Positions 26,720-37,339 of a stretch of 64,000 nucleotides of DNA are shown here, piece by piece. The DNA comes from Dehalococcoidia bacterium (GTDB taxonomy: Bacteria > Chloroflexota > Dehalococcoidia > Plut-88900), in assembly GCA_963668115.1 (NCBI GenBank), contig OY764147.1, positions 1,928,345-1,992,344 on the forward strand. Reading direction: 5' to 3'. The position numbers and the translations under genes are program-made. Position 1 is the first letter of the stretch. Every line of letters begins with the position of its first letter. The notes under the pieces are model-generated. The model worked only from the letters and a program-made list of their open reading frames with translations, was not told where the DNA came from and did not search any database.

Positions 26720-29635
26720 GTGACCCTCGCCGTTAAGTCCGACATATCCCTGGCCCGAGACCTGGCCGCAGAGCTGGAGCGACGCGTATCCGGGGAAGTG
26801 CGCCTCGACGAATTCTCCCGCACCCTCTACAGCACCGACGCCAGCATCTACCAGATGAAGCCCGTGGGTGTTGTATTCCCGCAAGACGTCGACGATGTCG
26901 TTGCCGTAACAGAATTCGCCCACCGGGAGGCTATCGCCGTCCTGCCCCGGGGCGCGGGCACCAGTCTTTCCGGCCAAACCGTTAACCACGCCATAGTTAT
27001 GGACTTCAGCCGACACCTCAACCGGTTGCTGGAAGTGAACCCAGAGGAAGGCTGGGCCCGTGTGGAGCCTGGTATCGTAGTAGCGGCGCTCAATCGGCAG
27101 GTTGGCGGCCACCGCCTCCAGTACGCCCCCGATCCCTCGACGGTGAACCGCGCCACGGTCGGGGGCGGCATTGGGAACAACTCCTGTGGTACTCACTCCG
27201 CCATTTTCGGCAAGACCCTCGACCAGGTCATTGAGCTTGACACCATCCTGTCCGATGGAACCCGGGCGCGGCTCGGCTCTCTATCCCCGACTGAGCTGGA
27301 AGCCCGTCTCTCTACCCCCGGTCTCCTCGGCCACGTCTACAGAGAGACCGCCCGCCTCGCCGAGGCCAACCGGGCTGAGATCGACGCACGGTACCCCAAG
27401 ATCATGCGCCGCGTCAGCGGCTACAACCTGGATGAGTTCCTGGACCCCGACCCCTTCAACCTAGCCCGCATCGTCGTCGGCTCCGAGGGCACCCTCTGCA
27501 CCATTACCGAGGCTAAGGTCAAGCTGGAGCCCCTTCCTAACTTCACGGGCGTCGCCGCGCTCCACTTCGATGACATCTTCCAGGCCTGCGACGCCACGTC
27601 GGCAATAATCGAGCACTCTCCCGCCGCCGTCGAGTTCATCGACGACATGATTATCCGGCAGACCCGGGCGTCCCTGGGCCTGAAGCGCTACATAGACTTC
27701 ATGGAGGGCGACCCCGGGGGCCTGGTCCTGGTCGAGTTCTTCGGCGACTCGGAGCCCGAGGTCCGCACCAAGCTCGACGCCTTCAAGACCGACATGGAGC
27801 GCCAGCGGCTCGGCTACGCCTGCGTCAACCTGCTGGAGAAGGAAGACCAGGCCAAGGCCTGGGCTGTCCGGAAGGCGGGGCTCGGGCTCCTGATGGGCGT
27901 CCGCGGCGACGCCAAGCCCATCCCCTTCGTCGAGGACGCCGCCGTTGACCCGACCCGGCTCGGCGAGTTCGGGCGTCGCTTCGACGAGATAGTCCAGGCC
28001 CACAACACGACGGCTTCCTATTACGGTCATGCGAGCGTCGGGTGCCTGCACATCCGACCACTGGTCAACCTGAAGAATGACGCCGGCATCAACCGGATGG
28101 AGTCCATCGCTGAGGCCGTAGCCGACCTAGTCCTGGAGTTCGGGGGTTCTTTGAGTGGCGAACACGGCGACGGCATCGTCCGGGGCGTCTGGACGGAGAA
28201 GATGTTCGGCCGCAGGATCTACGACTCCTTTGTCGAACTCAAGGACGCCTTTGACCCCAAGCGCATCATGAATCCGGGCAAGATAGTCGAGTGCCCACTC
28301 ATGTCGGAGAACCTGCGTTATGGTACCGACTACCGGGCCCAGTCCCTCAACACCCGTATGGACTTCTCCTCCTTCGAGGGTTACGCCGGGGCCGTGGAGA
28401 TGTGCAATGGGATGGGCGAGTGCCGGAAGTCGGCGGGCGTCATGTGCCCGTCCTTCCAGGCCACGAGGGAGGAGGAACACTCGACCCGGGGTCGGGCCAA
28501 CCTACTGCGTGCCGCTCTATCCGGCGCCCTCCCCCACGAGACCATGATCAGCGAACGACTCCATGAGGCGCTGGACCTCTGCCTTGAGTGCAAGGGCTGC
28601 AAGGCCGAGTGCCCGTCCAACGTGGACATGGCCAAGCTCAAGTACGAGTTCCTGGAGCGCTATAACGCCGCCAACGGGACGCCCCTCCGGTCACGAATCT
28701 TTTCCGAAATCGCACTGATAAACAAGGTCGGGTCTGCCCTGGCGCCACTGTCCAACTGGTTATTCCAACTGCCAGGCGCCCGATCGCTAAACCACCGGCT
28801 TCTCGGCATCCATAGAAATCGGTCCATGCCCCCGTTTGCCAGCCTCACCCTCCACGAATGGTTCAACGGCCACCGACCCCTCAGCCCCGGGGCTCGGGGG
28901 GAGGTCATACTCTTCAACGACACCTTTATGACCTACAACTACCCGTCTGTCGGGATTGCTGCGGTGGAGTTGCTGGAATTGGCCGGGTACCGGGTGCGGC
29001 TTGCCAACGTGCGCTGCTGCGGCCGGCCGATGATCTCCAAGGGCCTGCTTAAGAGGGCCCGTGGGAATGCCCGATACAACGTGAACAGACTATTCGATGC
29101 GGCTTCCAGGGGTATACCAATTATCGGGTGCGAGCCCAGTTGCCTGCTCGCCTTCCGAGACGAATACCCCGACCTTCTCCAGGACAATAAGTCAAAGGTC
29201 GTGGCGGAAAACACCTTCATGATAGACGAATTCCTGGCCAGACTGGCGGAGGAGGGGAAGCTGGATATCGCCTTCTCCACCCAGCCCCGTAAGGTCCTCT
29301 TCCACGGCCACTGCCACCAGAAAGCCCTGGTTGGGGTGGAGGCCGCCAAGACCTCCCTTTCCCTCCCACCGGGCCACGAGGTGGAGGTTATCGACTCGGG
29401 CTGCTGCGGCATGGCCGGCGCCTTCGGCTACGAGAAAGAGCACTATGAGCTCTCCATGCAGATTGGGGGTATGAAGCTCTTCCCGGCCATCGAAGCCAAG
29501 GGCCAGGGGTGGGAGGTTGCCGTGATGGGGGTCTCCTGCCGCCAGCAGATCGAGCACGGCACCGGGCGTCGGACCCGACACCTGGTGGAAGTCCTCCGGG
29601 ATTCCGTCCTCACCGAACAGATCCCTCTCCCCTAG
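26720..29635 (+). CDS. FAD-linked oxidase (GlcD/D-lactate dehydrogenase-like) fused to a C-terminal Fe-S / cysteine-rich CCG domain
   Basis: 971 aa, GTG start; N-terminal FAD-binding PCMH-type domain (RGAGTSLSGQ), central CxxCxxC...C and C-terminal CCG-like cysteine motifs. Confidence 0.8.
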   Translation: MTLAVKSDISLARDLAAELERRVSGEVRLDEFSRTLYSTDASIYQMKPVGVVFPQDVDDVVAVTEFAHREAIAVLPRGAGTSLSGQTVNHAIVMDFSRHLNRLLEVNPEEGWARVEPGIVVAALNRQVGGHRLQYAPDPSTVNRATVGGGIGNNSCGTHSAIFGKTLDQVIELDTILSDGTRARLGSLSPTELEARLSTPGLLGHVYRETARLAEANRAEIDARYPKIMRRVSGYNLDEFLDPDPFNLARIVVGSEGTLCTITEAKVKLEPLPNFTGVAALHFDDIFQACDATSAIIEHSPAAVEFIDDMIIRQTRASLGLKRYIDFMEGDPGGLVLVEFFGDSEPEVRTKLDAFKTDMERQRLGYACVNLLEKEDQAKAWAVRKAGLGLLMGVRGDAKPIPFVEDAAVDPTRLGEFGRRFDEIVQAHNTTASYYGHASVGCLHIRPLVNLKNDAGINRMESIAEAVADLVLEFGGSLSGEHGDGIVRGVWTEKMFGRRIYDSFVELKDAFDPKRIMNPGKIVECPLMSENLRYGTDYRAQSLNTRMDFSSFEGYAGAVEMCNGMGECRKSAGVMCPSFQATREEEHSTRGRANLLRAALSGALPHETMISERLHEALDLCLECKGCKAECPSNVDMAKLKYEFLERYNAANGTPLRSRIFSEIALINKVGSALAPLSNWLFQLPGARSLNHRLLGIHRNRSMPPFASLTLHEWFNGHRPLSPGARGEVILFNDTFMTYNYPSVGIAAVELLELAGYRVRLANVRCCGRPMISKGLLKRARGNARYNVNRLFDAASRGIPIIGCEPSCLLAFRDEYPDLLQDNKSKVVAENTFMIDEFLARLAEEGKLDIAFSTQPRKVLFHGHCHQKALVGVEAAKTSLSLPPGHEVEVIDSGCCGMAGAFGYEKEHYELSMQIGGMKLFPAIEAKGQGWEVAVMGVSCRQQIEHGTGRRTRHLVEVLRDSVLTEQIPLP

Positions 29636-30606
29636 ACCAGCGGCACAATCTCTTCCGCAAACCGCTCTATCTGCTCCCGCTGGTACTCCCCAGACGCCGA
29701 TCCCCGGTAACTGAAGTCCAGCAGGAGGTGGTCTACGCCCGCGTCGAAAAAGGCCCTGACCCTCTCTGCGCAAGATTCCGGGGATCCGACGATGGTCATG
29801 TCCTCCGGCTGTACCCCCGACGCCGTCAGGCGTATGCACTGCCGCAGCTGGGGGACGACCTCGGTCTCCACCTTGCTTTCGTCGTCGACGATGGCGACGA
29901 AGTTCATCAGGCTTATCTTCAGGGAGGCACCCGCCCTGTCGTTCTCCGCCTCAATTGCCGGGATCCACTGCTCCCTAATCTCTTCGACGGGCATGGGAGC
30001 GGGCAGAATGTGGGTGGCGTACTTCGCTGCCCTGGGTATGGAGGGCAGGCCGCCGCCGTACCAGATGGGCGGGTAGGGTTTCTGGACGGGTTTCGGGTCA
30101 AGGGTTACGTCTTCAAGCTGGTAGTAGCGGCCGTTGTGCGTCACGCCGTCCTCCGTCCAGAGTCGGGTGATTAGCTCCATCTGCTCGTCCGTGACCCGGG
30201 CCCTGCGGCGGTGGTGCTCCTCCGCACCGGCCATGTGGAAGTCGCCGGGCGACCAGCCCATGCACATCCCCGGTATGAGGCGACCTCCTGAGATCACGTC
30301 GATGGTCGAGAGGTTCTTGGCCCAGAAGTAGGGCGGAAGCACGGGGAGGATGAGCGAGTGAATGCCGAGCCGCAGCTTCTTGGTGACTGCGAACAGGGCC
30401 GGGAGCAGGGCGAGGGGGTCGAAGAGATGGTGGCTGCCGAAGCGGTCGAACATGGGGGCGTGGGGCAGGGTCATGTGGTACGGAAACCCCGCCGAATAGA
30501 ACCCCAGCCGGTCAAGCTGTTGTACCACGTCCGTTAGAGATTCCATGGTGGGGGGCGTCGCGCCCCAACCGTAAATGTACGCGCTGAACCTGCTCATGTC
30601 GGCCAT
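29632..30606 (-). CDS. LLM-class F420/FMN-dependent oxidoreductase (10th paralog)
   Basis: 324 aa LLM pattern (PKPVQKPYPPIWYGGG); RBS aaggtgga; stop overlaps the FAD oxidase stop region. Confidence 0.8.
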   Translation of the reverse strand: MADMSRFSAYIYGWGATPPTMESLTDVVQQLDRLGFYSAGFPYHMTLPHAPMFDRFGSHHLFDPLALLPALFAVTKKLRLGIHSLILPVLPPYFWAKNLSTIDVISGGRLIPGMCMGWSPGDFHMAGAEEHHRRRARVTDEQMELITRLWTEDGVTHNGRYYQLEDVTLDPKPVQKPYPPIWYGGGLPSIPRAAKYATHILPAPMPVEEIREQWIPAIEAENDRAGASLKISLMNFVAIVDDESKVETEVVPQLRQCIRLTASGVQPEDMTIVGSPESCAERVRAFFDAGVDHLLLDFSYRGSASGEYQREQIERFAEEIVPLV

Positions 30607-30700
30607 GTTCGTCCACCTTGCTTTCCGGCCAAAGAATCTTCAAGTCGTGCGCCGGGCGCACGACTTGAAGGAAAGACTCGCCTGAAGGAAGGGATGCGCC

Positions 30701-30904
30701 CTAGGCCCGGGCCTTCATCCTCTCCGACAGCATCTCGCCGCCCATGGCCCAGTGCTCGCCCACCGTCTCCGTGATGATGACGTGCACCGATTCCGCCGAG
30801 GGGGTGCCTGCGATGTTGACCATGGCGTCGGTCATCGCCTTCACCAGGTCGGACTTCTGGTCTTCGCTCCTGCCGGGCAGCATTTCGACTCTAACTATGG
30901 GCAT
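30701..30904 (-). CDS. 4-oxalocrotonate tautomerase family protein
   Basis: MPIVRVEMLPGRSEDQK with Pro1 after Met; about 67 aa; GGAGG RBS 6 nt upstream of the second ATG. Confidence 0.75.
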   Translation of the reverse strand: MPIVRVEMLPGRSEDQKSDLVKAMTDAMVNIAGTPSAESVHVIITETVGEHWAMGGEMLSERMKARA

Positions 30905-30978
30905 AACCATCCTCCTTCACGCATTGGGACTCTCAGGGTTGGGAACGCGAAGATATTATCAGTACGGGCCGAACGGCG

Positions 30979-32352
30979 CTACCGAGGGGGAAGGGCAAAG
31001 GGGAAGGACACCGAGGGGTTGCGCTCGAGGAGCCGGCGCCAGACCGCCTGACCCATCTCTTCGGCCCGGGCCACGACATCTTCCTCGTCGATGGTCAGCA
31101 GCTTGCCGTCCCTCATCAGCCAATTGCCGTCTACCATTACGGCTTCTATGTCGTCGGCCTGCCCGTTGTGGATAAAAGCCGACACTATGCGGTGGTTCGG
31201 CACGAGGTGGGGGCGCATGGTGTTAATCATGAACAGGTCGGCCTTCTTGCCGACCTCCAGGCTCCCGACCTCTTCTCCGAGACCCAGGGCTCGGGCGCTG
31301 CCTATGGTGGCCCACTCCAGCATCTGCTCGGGCTGAGGGGCCATAGGCGTGTGCCGGCGTACGCGCTCGGCGAAGAGGCCGGTGCGCAGAACGTGGAGCA
31401 TGTTTTCGTCCATGTTGTCGGAGCCCATGCCCATGTTGCACCCTGCTGCGTTCAGCTCGGTGGCCGGGGCTGCGGCGCCTCGTCGGGCAGCGATGGCCGG
31501 GTTGAAGGACACGTTGGTCCGCATCTGGCCCGCCAGGGCAATCTCCGATTCGTCCAGGTACCGGCAGTGGGCGGCCACGACCCTCGGGCCGAGGGCGCCG
31601 TTGGCGTAGAGGTACTGGGTCGGCCTCACGCCCCTGGTGCGCATCACCGCCTGCACCTCGTTGTAGCTTTCGCTGAGGTGGACGGTCATACCGATGTCGT
31701 ACCGGTCGGCGACCCGGCGGCACTCCTGCAATAGCTCGGGGGAGCAGTACTCGGGGGTGGAGGGGGAGGTCATGCACGTCACCCGACCGCCGGCCTTCCC
31801 ATGCCATGCCTCGATGAGATCGACGCTTTTGCGCATACCTTCTTCGGCCTTGGCGGGGATGAAGCTGTACCGGCTCTGTCGGGCCAGGGGCATGTCCACG
31901 TCCTCGACATACTCGGCCAATGCTAGCCTCATGCCGGTGGCGGCTAGCGAGTCGGCGTAGTTGGCGATGTCCGCCTCGATCTCAAGGACGCAGGTTGCGC
32001 CGCTGCGCAGGGACTCGATGGCCCCCAGGAGAGCGAACACGTTATCCTCTTCGTTGCCCATCAGGGACCGGGTGTCTTCGGGGAAGCGGAGGGTTGTGGG
32101 GAACCCGGTGTCCTCCAGGATGCCCTTGTTGATGGTCTTCAGGAGGTGGGTGTGGGCGTTAACCAGGCCCGGGAACACGGCCTTTCGTTGTCCGTCGATC
32201 ACCTCGGCGTCCGGGAGCCGGGCGATGACTTCCTGGGAAGGGCCGAGGGCGACGATTCTTCCGCTGTCGATGCCTATAGCGGAGTCGTGGAGGATGGTGT
32301 TGCCCGGGCCGCCGGTGACGATTGTTGTGTTCTTGATAATTGTTGCGGTCAT
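30979..32352 (-). CDS. Amidohydrolase-superfamily enzyme (chlorohydrolase/aminohydrolase-like)
   Basis: GLVNAHTHL metal-binding motif, HLSE, and SDN downstream; start chosen at ATG 32352. Confidence 0.8.
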   Translation of the reverse strand: MTATIIKNTTIVTGGPGNTILHDSAIGIDSGRIVALGPSQEVIARLPDAEVIDGQRKAVFPGLVNAHTHLLKTINKGILEDTGFPTTLRFPEDTRSLMGNEEDNVFALLGAIESLRSGATCVLEIEADIANYADSLAATGMRLALAEYVEDVDMPLARQSRYSFIPAKAEEGMRKSVDLIEAWHGKAGGRVTCMTSPSTPEYCSPELLQECRRVADRYDIGMTVHLSESYNEVQAVMRTRGVRPTQYLYANGALGPRVVAAHCRYLDESEIALAGQMRTNVSFNPAIAARRGAAAPATELNAAGCNMGMGSDNMDENMLHVLRTGLFAERVRRHTPMAPQPEQMLEWATIGSARALGLGEEVGSLEVGKKADLFMINTMRPHLVPNHRIVSAFIHNGQADDIEAVMVDGNWLMRDGKLLTIDEEDVVARAEEMGQAVWRRLLERNPSVSFPFALPPR

Positions 32353-32422
32353 TGTGCAGATGTCGTGTGGTAAGGGACTCGGGGACTCTACTCGGGTCAA
32401 GGGCTATAATACCGCTCAAACC

Positions 32423-33094
32423 ATGAACGGCAAAAGGTGCATACAACTACCGCTTCTCCTAGTGGCCCTCATCCTCCTCCTCGCCGCGGCGTGCTCTGCA
32501 TCCCCGCCCACCCCCACCCCCGAGCCTACGGTCGAGCCCACGGTTAGACCTACGCCAACCTCGCTTCCCATCCCCACCGCCACGCCGACACCGGAGTCGG
32601 CCCTGAGGCTGGGAATCAAGGACACGCCCAATCCCGATGGCCTTCAGATCGGTGCCGAAATCGGGACCCTTGCGCCGGACTTTCGGCTGGAGACCGAAGA
32701 GGGCGAGGTCCTGGTGCTCAGCGACTACCGGGGCAAGCCCGTATTCATCAACTTCTTCGCTGTCTGGTGTGGCCCCTGCCGCTTCGAAATGCCCGAGATT
32801 GAAAGCGTCCACCAGTCCCTGGGCGATGAGCTGGTTGTGCTTGCAGTGGACGTCCGGGAGTCGGCGGAGAGGGTGAAGGGATACAAGGAGCTGCTGGGCC
32901 TGACCATGCCCACGGTACTCGACACCCGACGCGAAGTCGCAAACTCCTACCAGGTCCCGGGCCTGCCCTGGACATTCATCCTGGATGAGCAGGGCGTGAT
33001 CCGCCACATCAAGTTCGGGGCGTTTCTGAGCCGGGAGGAGATTATTGCCGCGCTGGGCAGTGTGGGGATTACGGAGGGGTCGGGGTCGGGCTAG
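32423..33094 (+). CDS. TlpA/ResA-like thiol-disulfide oxidoreductase lipoprotein
   Basis: Signal peptide plus lipobox (LLLAAAC), Pro/Thr-rich linker, thioredoxin WCGPC active site. Confidence 0.85.
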   Translation: MNGKRCIQLPLLLVALILLLAAACSASPPTPTPEPTVEPTVRPTPTSLPIPTATPTPESALRLGIKDTPNPDGLQIGAEIGTLAPDFRLETEEGEVLVLSDYRGKPVFINFFAVWCGPCRFEMPEIESVHQSLGDELVVLAVDVRESAERVKGYKELLGLTMPTVLDTRREVANSYQVPGLPWTFILDEQGVIRHIKFGAFLSREEIIAALGSVGITEGSGSG

Positions 33095-33390
33095 GCCGCG
33101 CTTGGTTCCTTGAACCTTTGGACCTTGATCCGCTTTGCGCGGTCGCGTGCGTGCCAGAGGTCGTAGGCCATCTGCATCCCCAGCCAAGTTTCGGGAGTAG
33201 ACCCGAAGGCTTTTGACAGCCTTATGGCCATGTCTACCGAGATCCCGGCCCTCTCGTTAATCACATCGGAGAGAGCTTGCCGAGTTACGCCTAGTCCTTT
33301 GGCCGCGTTTGTAATTGTTAGGCCCAACGGTTCCAGGCATTCATATTTCACTATTTCGCCGGGATGACATGGATCGGCCATCGGCATCAT
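33091..33390 (-). CDS. higA: HigA-family HTH (XRE) antitoxin
   Basis: 99 aa; HPGEIVKYECLEPLGLTITNAAKGLGVTRQALSDVINERAGISVDMAIRLSKAFG matches HigA. Confidence 0.8.
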   Translation of the reverse strand: MMPMADPCHPGEIVKYECLEPLGLTITNAAKGLGVTRQALSDVINERAGISVDMAIRLSKAFGSTPETWLGMQMAYDLWHARDRAKRIKVQRFKEPSAA

Positions 33391-33399
33391 CTTACCTCC

Positions 33400-33678
33400 T
33401 CAGTGATAGTCGATGTAGTCGACATCGTATACGTCTCCGTCTTCAAATCGGAATGTAACCCGCCAATTGCCAGACACCGAGACAGCGTAATGACCCTTCA
33501 TATTGCCAGAAAGCTGATGGAGCCGAAATCCTGGAAGGTTCATACTCCTTGGCGACGCGCTCCTATCCAGTGTTGTCAGGATACGCCTCAACCTTTTGGC
33601 ATGTTCTGGATTGACTCGTTGCACGTCCACTTTCCTAAAGAACGACCTGAGCCCTCTGTGCCTGAAGGAACGAATCAC
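33400..33678 (-). CDS. higB: HigB-family RelE/ParE toxin (killer protein), GTG start
   Basis: 92 aa; GFRLHQLSGNMKGHYAVSVSGNWRVTFRFEDGDVYDVDYIDYH matches the HigB signature. Confidence 0.8.
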   Translation of the reverse strand: MIRSFRHRGLRSFFRKVDVQRVNPEHAKRLRRILTTLDRSASPRSMNLPGFRLHQLSGNMKGHYAVSVSGNWRVTFRFEDGDVYDVDYIDYH

Positions 33679-33702
33679 ATTGGAAGTGTATAGTGTCGTC
33701 TG

Positions 33703-34347
33703 TCACTTGTCAATTGACGCGGCCGAAACCACGTACACCGGGTCACTATAGGCGCCGACCCTCGGGGTGATGTCCCGGGCCTCGGGCTCGCCCCATCGAC
33801 CCGACCGATGGAAATACGCCCCTATCAGCTTTGCCCTATCCGAGTCTGAGAGCGCTTTCCAGATGGCTGTGGCCTTGGTTGGGAACATGCGGTTTGAGTA
33901 GATGACGTGGAATCGGGCCCCGGGCTTCAAGACTCTCGCTACCTCTGCGAATACCTGCTCGGGCCTGGTCAGGTACTGTACTGATACCGTCAGGATTGCC
34001 GCATCAAACGCCTCATCCCGAAAGGGTAATGCAGGATGGGCATTAAGGTCGTGGGTCACGGCTTCGTCAAGTTGACGGTTCTCCTTCATCTCAACCCGGT
34101 TCAATCCAAGCCCGACCACTTTGCCCATCGCCGGGCGGTCCGGCAGATGTGATCTCCAGCTGCTCATCAGGTCCAGTAATGCGCCTCCCGCAGGCAGGGT
34201 ATCAGACAGGTAAGCGCCTATGGCACGTATGGCGTGTTCGTCAATGTGGACTACCAGCCGAGGCTCGGCGTAGAAGAGGACGTCGGGCCTCTCGTCGTCT
34301 CTCCTGAAATACTCGGGTCGGAAAAGGTCTCCTGGTTGTCTACTCAC
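33703..34347 (-). CDS. Class I SAM-dependent methyltransferase
   Basis: 214 aa; LDLMSSW and VLKPGARF motifs of the Methyltransf_11-like fold. Confidence 0.7.
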   Translation of the reverse strand: MSRQPGDLFRPEYFRRDDERPDVLFYAEPRLVVHIDEHAIRAIGAYLSDTLPAGGALLDLMSSWRSHLPDRPAMGKVVGLGLNRVEMKENRQLDEAVTHDLNAHPALPFRDEAFDAAILTVSVQYLTRPEQVFAEVARVLKPGARFHVIYSNRMFPTKATAIWKALSDSDRAKLIGAYFHRSGRWGEPEARDITPRVGAYSDPVYVVSAASIDK

Positions 34348-34439
34348 GCAATATTCCCTTACGCTGCAGTCTGGGGCTCACAATACTGTACCCCAATGAA
34401 GCCTCCGATGACCGAGGTTTCTCTTTAGCCCTTATACTC

Positions 34440-36041
34440 ATGGGCAACCCCGAAGGAGGACACCCGATTATGGCCGAAGAAAAGAACTCGACGGTCGATG
34501 CTGGAGCTTTCATCGCCTGGGCGCAAGGCGAGGCCATACCTTTATCAATTCCCCGGCATGATGAGAACTATGACGATCTGGGGTTCCTGGGAGATGTGGT
34601 CGGTGATGCCCGCATCGTCGCTATCGGTGAGAACGCCCACTACCTGCACGAGTGGAACCGCATCCGTGCAAGGGTGTTCAAGTACCTTGTAGAAGAGCAC
34701 GGATTCAATACCTTCGTGCTGGAGTCGGGGCTTGTAGAAAGTCGGGCCATTCACGAATACGTCGCCGGGGCCGACGTGGACTGGGATACGGTGGTCAACT
34801 CGGTGACCAATGCCTGGGGGATATGGGCGGAGCTACAGGAACTCATCCAGTGGATGAGGGAGTACAACGCCAACCCAAATCGGGACAGGGAACTGCGTTT
34901 CTACGGGATGGATGGCTCCGGGAACTGGTTCCATGCCCGGCACGCATTCAATGCGGTGGTGGACTTCGGCCGCAAGGTGGACACCGGTCTCGCCGACCAC
35001 GTGGAGGCCATCTTTGAAGGACCTGTCCGAGACATCAATTTTGATAATCGAAGCGAGGTCGAAGAAGAAACCTGGCGCCGGCTCATTGCAGAATCGACCC
35101 TCGTCGTCAACCTGATCGAACAACGGAGGATGGCTTATATCCGGGCCAGCTCACAGGACGACTACGACTGGGCGTTGAGGAGCGCAGAAATCTTGCGTGA
35201 CCTGTTCCTGACTTTTGCCCAGACCGGGGATTTGGATTCCGCCGACGGATTCAGAGCCTTCTGGAACACCCGAGACGTCTCCATGGCCTGTTCCTTGGAA
35301 TGGATCCTGAAACGTGAAGGCCCCGGGGCCCGGATGGTTGTCGGGGCCCACAACAGCCATCTGCAGCTGTACCCGGTGCGAGTCCAGAGAGGGACCTCCA
35401 TGGGTTCCTACGCCGCAAATCGTATAGGCAGGGAAAAGCTGCTGTATATCGGCGTTTCCAGCACCTACTCAGTGAAGGGCGAAGACCCGATACCCGACTC
35501 CAACGCTGCCGCCTATGAGCAGGTCGGGCCTGAGTGTTATTTCCTGGATTTTCGCAAAGCGCTCGACTCCGGGCCCGCAGCGGACTGGCTGAACACCGAG
35601 AGGATGACGCGCCACAACCTTCGCTATAACCCCGAGGCGCCGGGGCTTGCCTGGGACTGCCTGATATTCCACCGCACAGTCTCGATAGCGGAGGTGGCGC
35701 TCCCGCCGTCAATGTCGAGGGAACTTGCCGCGCCGGACCCTTCGCGGTTCGACGATCATGTGGGCCGTTATTCGATAGTCGGGTTTCTCGGCCAACACCC
35801 TGACCTGGACATCACCCGAAAGGGTGACAAGCTCTACTCCAACGGGGAACGAGACCTGAGCGGCGAGCTATTTCCTCCCTACCTTTCGGAGATCCGGGGG
35901 ACGGAGGACGGGAGTTTCGTCTGGTCGGGATGGCCGGCGGTGCTCGAATTTCAGCCCGGCGCTGGACGTAGCGAGCGGGTGACGGTCACCATGCCGGGTA
36001 TGGGCAGCTTTCATGGAAAGCGGGTCGAAGCCTCCGATTAG
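34440..36041 (+). CDS. Erythromycin esterase (EreA/EreB) family protein
   Basis: 533 aa; IVAIGENAHYLHEWNRIRARVFKYLVEEHGFNTFVLE matches the Ere-family N-terminal region. Confidence 0.7.
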   Translation: MGNPEGGHPIMAEEKNSTVDAGAFIAWAQGEAIPLSIPRHDENYDDLGFLGDVVGDARIVAIGENAHYLHEWNRIRARVFKYLVEEHGFNTFVLESGLVESRAIHEYVAGADVDWDTVVNSVTNAWGIWAELQELIQWMREYNANPNRDRELRFYGMDGSGNWFHARHAFNAVVDFGRKVDTGLADHVEAIFEGPVRDINFDNRSEVEEETWRRLIAESTLVVNLIEQRRMAYIRASSQDDYDWALRSAEILRDLFLTFAQTGDLDSADGFRAFWNTRDVSMACSLEWILKREGPGARMVVGAHNSHLQLYPVRVQRGTSMGSYAANRIGREKLLYIGVSSTYSVKGEDPIPDSNAAAYEQVGPECYFLDFRKALDSGPAADWLNTERMTRHNLRYNPEAPGLAWDCLIFHRTVSIAEVALPPSMSRELAAPDPSRFDDHVGRYSIVGFLGQHPDLDITRKGDKLYSNGERDLSGELFPPYLSEIRGTEDGSFVWSGWPAVLEFQPGAGRSERVTVTMPGMGSFHGKRVEASD

Positions 36042-36061
36042 GCTGTAGCAGGCGAGAACGC

Positions 36062-37327
36062 TCAAGCTGGGGTAGGTGTCCTGCCCGGGTTCCGGAGAAG
36101 CACTGCGCTCACTACCAGGGCCAGGGACCCGAACGCCGTGTAGAAAAGCGCCTGCCTCAAGTCGCCGGTTGCCTCCTGTATGAAGCCCACCATCATCGGC
36201 CCGATGGCAGCGCCGGTCGAAATCGCAATTCGCAGAAGAGCCTGGCCCACTGCCACTTCCCTGGGCTTGATATTCGGCAGGTAGAAGACCATCCCCATCA
36301 GCACGGCGAAGAATGCTGAGAAAACACCCTTAACAGTCGCAAGAAGGACGACCAGTACTGCCGGTTCCGTGTAGAGCAGGAGCAGGATGAGGACGAACTT
36401 CGCAATCCCGCACGTTGCCAGGACAAGAGGCCTATGCCGGTTGAAGAAACCAACGGCGTTAATGCCTATGGAACTGGGCGCCGCTGCCAGCGCCGACAAC
36501 CCCACCGCCACCCCGACCATCGTGGCAGATAAATTCAATGTGGTCTCTGCGAATGTCGGCCAGAATACACTGAATGCCATCTCCGAAAGGACCACACCCA
36601 GCAACCCGACACTCGCAAACCACAGTTCCCGGTACTTCAGCACGCTCTTCAGAGGAGTACCCGCCTGAGATTGGGTGCGTCTATTCTGCTCTTCTCCTCC
36701 CCTCTCTCTCCCGACCACGAACCACAGCAGCGTCAGCGCCAGGCACAGGAATCCCCAGACGTGAAGTGCATTCCTCCAGCCTCCCGACCATTCAATAATC
36801 AAAGGCGTGAGGAACGAGACCACACCGAACATCGTGTCCACGCTTCCCACCAGGATGCCGTTGGTCATGGCCATCTGACGCCTGGTCGACCACTGCTGGA
36901 TGAGCAGGACCCTCGGGGCTTGCGTGAACATGGTGCCAAGGGCCAGGGACACCCTGCCGAGAATCAGCACCGCATACACCGGCGCCCGGGCCTGTATGAA
37001 CACCGACCCGGCGACTAGCAGCAACGCGAAAGTCATCATTCGCCGGGGCCTGAACCGCGATGACCAGGAATTTATCGGCATTACCAGAACGAGGTTTGCA
37101 AGCAATGCCGAAGACCCCACCAGACCCTGCTGCGTAGGAGAGAGACCCAGCTCTTTGGAGATATCGGGCAGCATCAGCCCGATGAAAAAGAGCATGGACA
37201 TCGACGTGGAAATGCCCGACGCCATGCCCCCGATAACCACCCACCGATACCGCGGGATGGCGTCTTCCTGGGCAGTACCGAAACGAAGGGTTTCCGAAGA
37301 TGTGGCTGCCATGCTATTGACAGCCAT
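36062..37327 (-). CDS. MFS transporter
   Basis: 421 aa, 12 predicted TM helices, MFS loop motifs. Confidence 0.8.
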   Translation of the reverse strand: MAVNSMAATSSETLRFGTAQEDAIPRYRWVVIGGMASGISTSMSMLFFIGLMLPDISKELGLSPTQQGLVGSSALLANLVLVMPINSWSSRFRPRRMMTFALLLVAGSVFIQARAPVYAVLILGRVSLALGTMFTQAPRVLLIQQWSTRRQMAMTNGILVGSVDTMFGVVSFLTPLIIEWSGGWRNALHVWGFLCLALTLLWFVVGRERGGEEQNRRTQSQAGTPLKSVLKYRELWFASVGLLGVVLSEMAFSVFWPTFAETTLNLSATMVGVAVGLSALAAAPSSIGINAVGFFNRHRPLVLATCGIAKFVLILLLLYTEPAVLVVLLATVKGVFSAFFAVLMGMVFYLPNIKPREVAVGQALLRIAISTGAAIGPMMVGFIQEATGDLRQALFYTAFGSLALVVSAVLLRNPGRTPTPA

Positions 37328-37339
37328 TATAAGCGGAGG

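Noticed and set aside
33703-33720. GTCAATTGAC palindrome near the higB GTG start as a candidate operator
   Set aside because: It falls inside the last codons of the upstream methyltransferase gene and is short, so it cannot be distinguished from chance without binding data.
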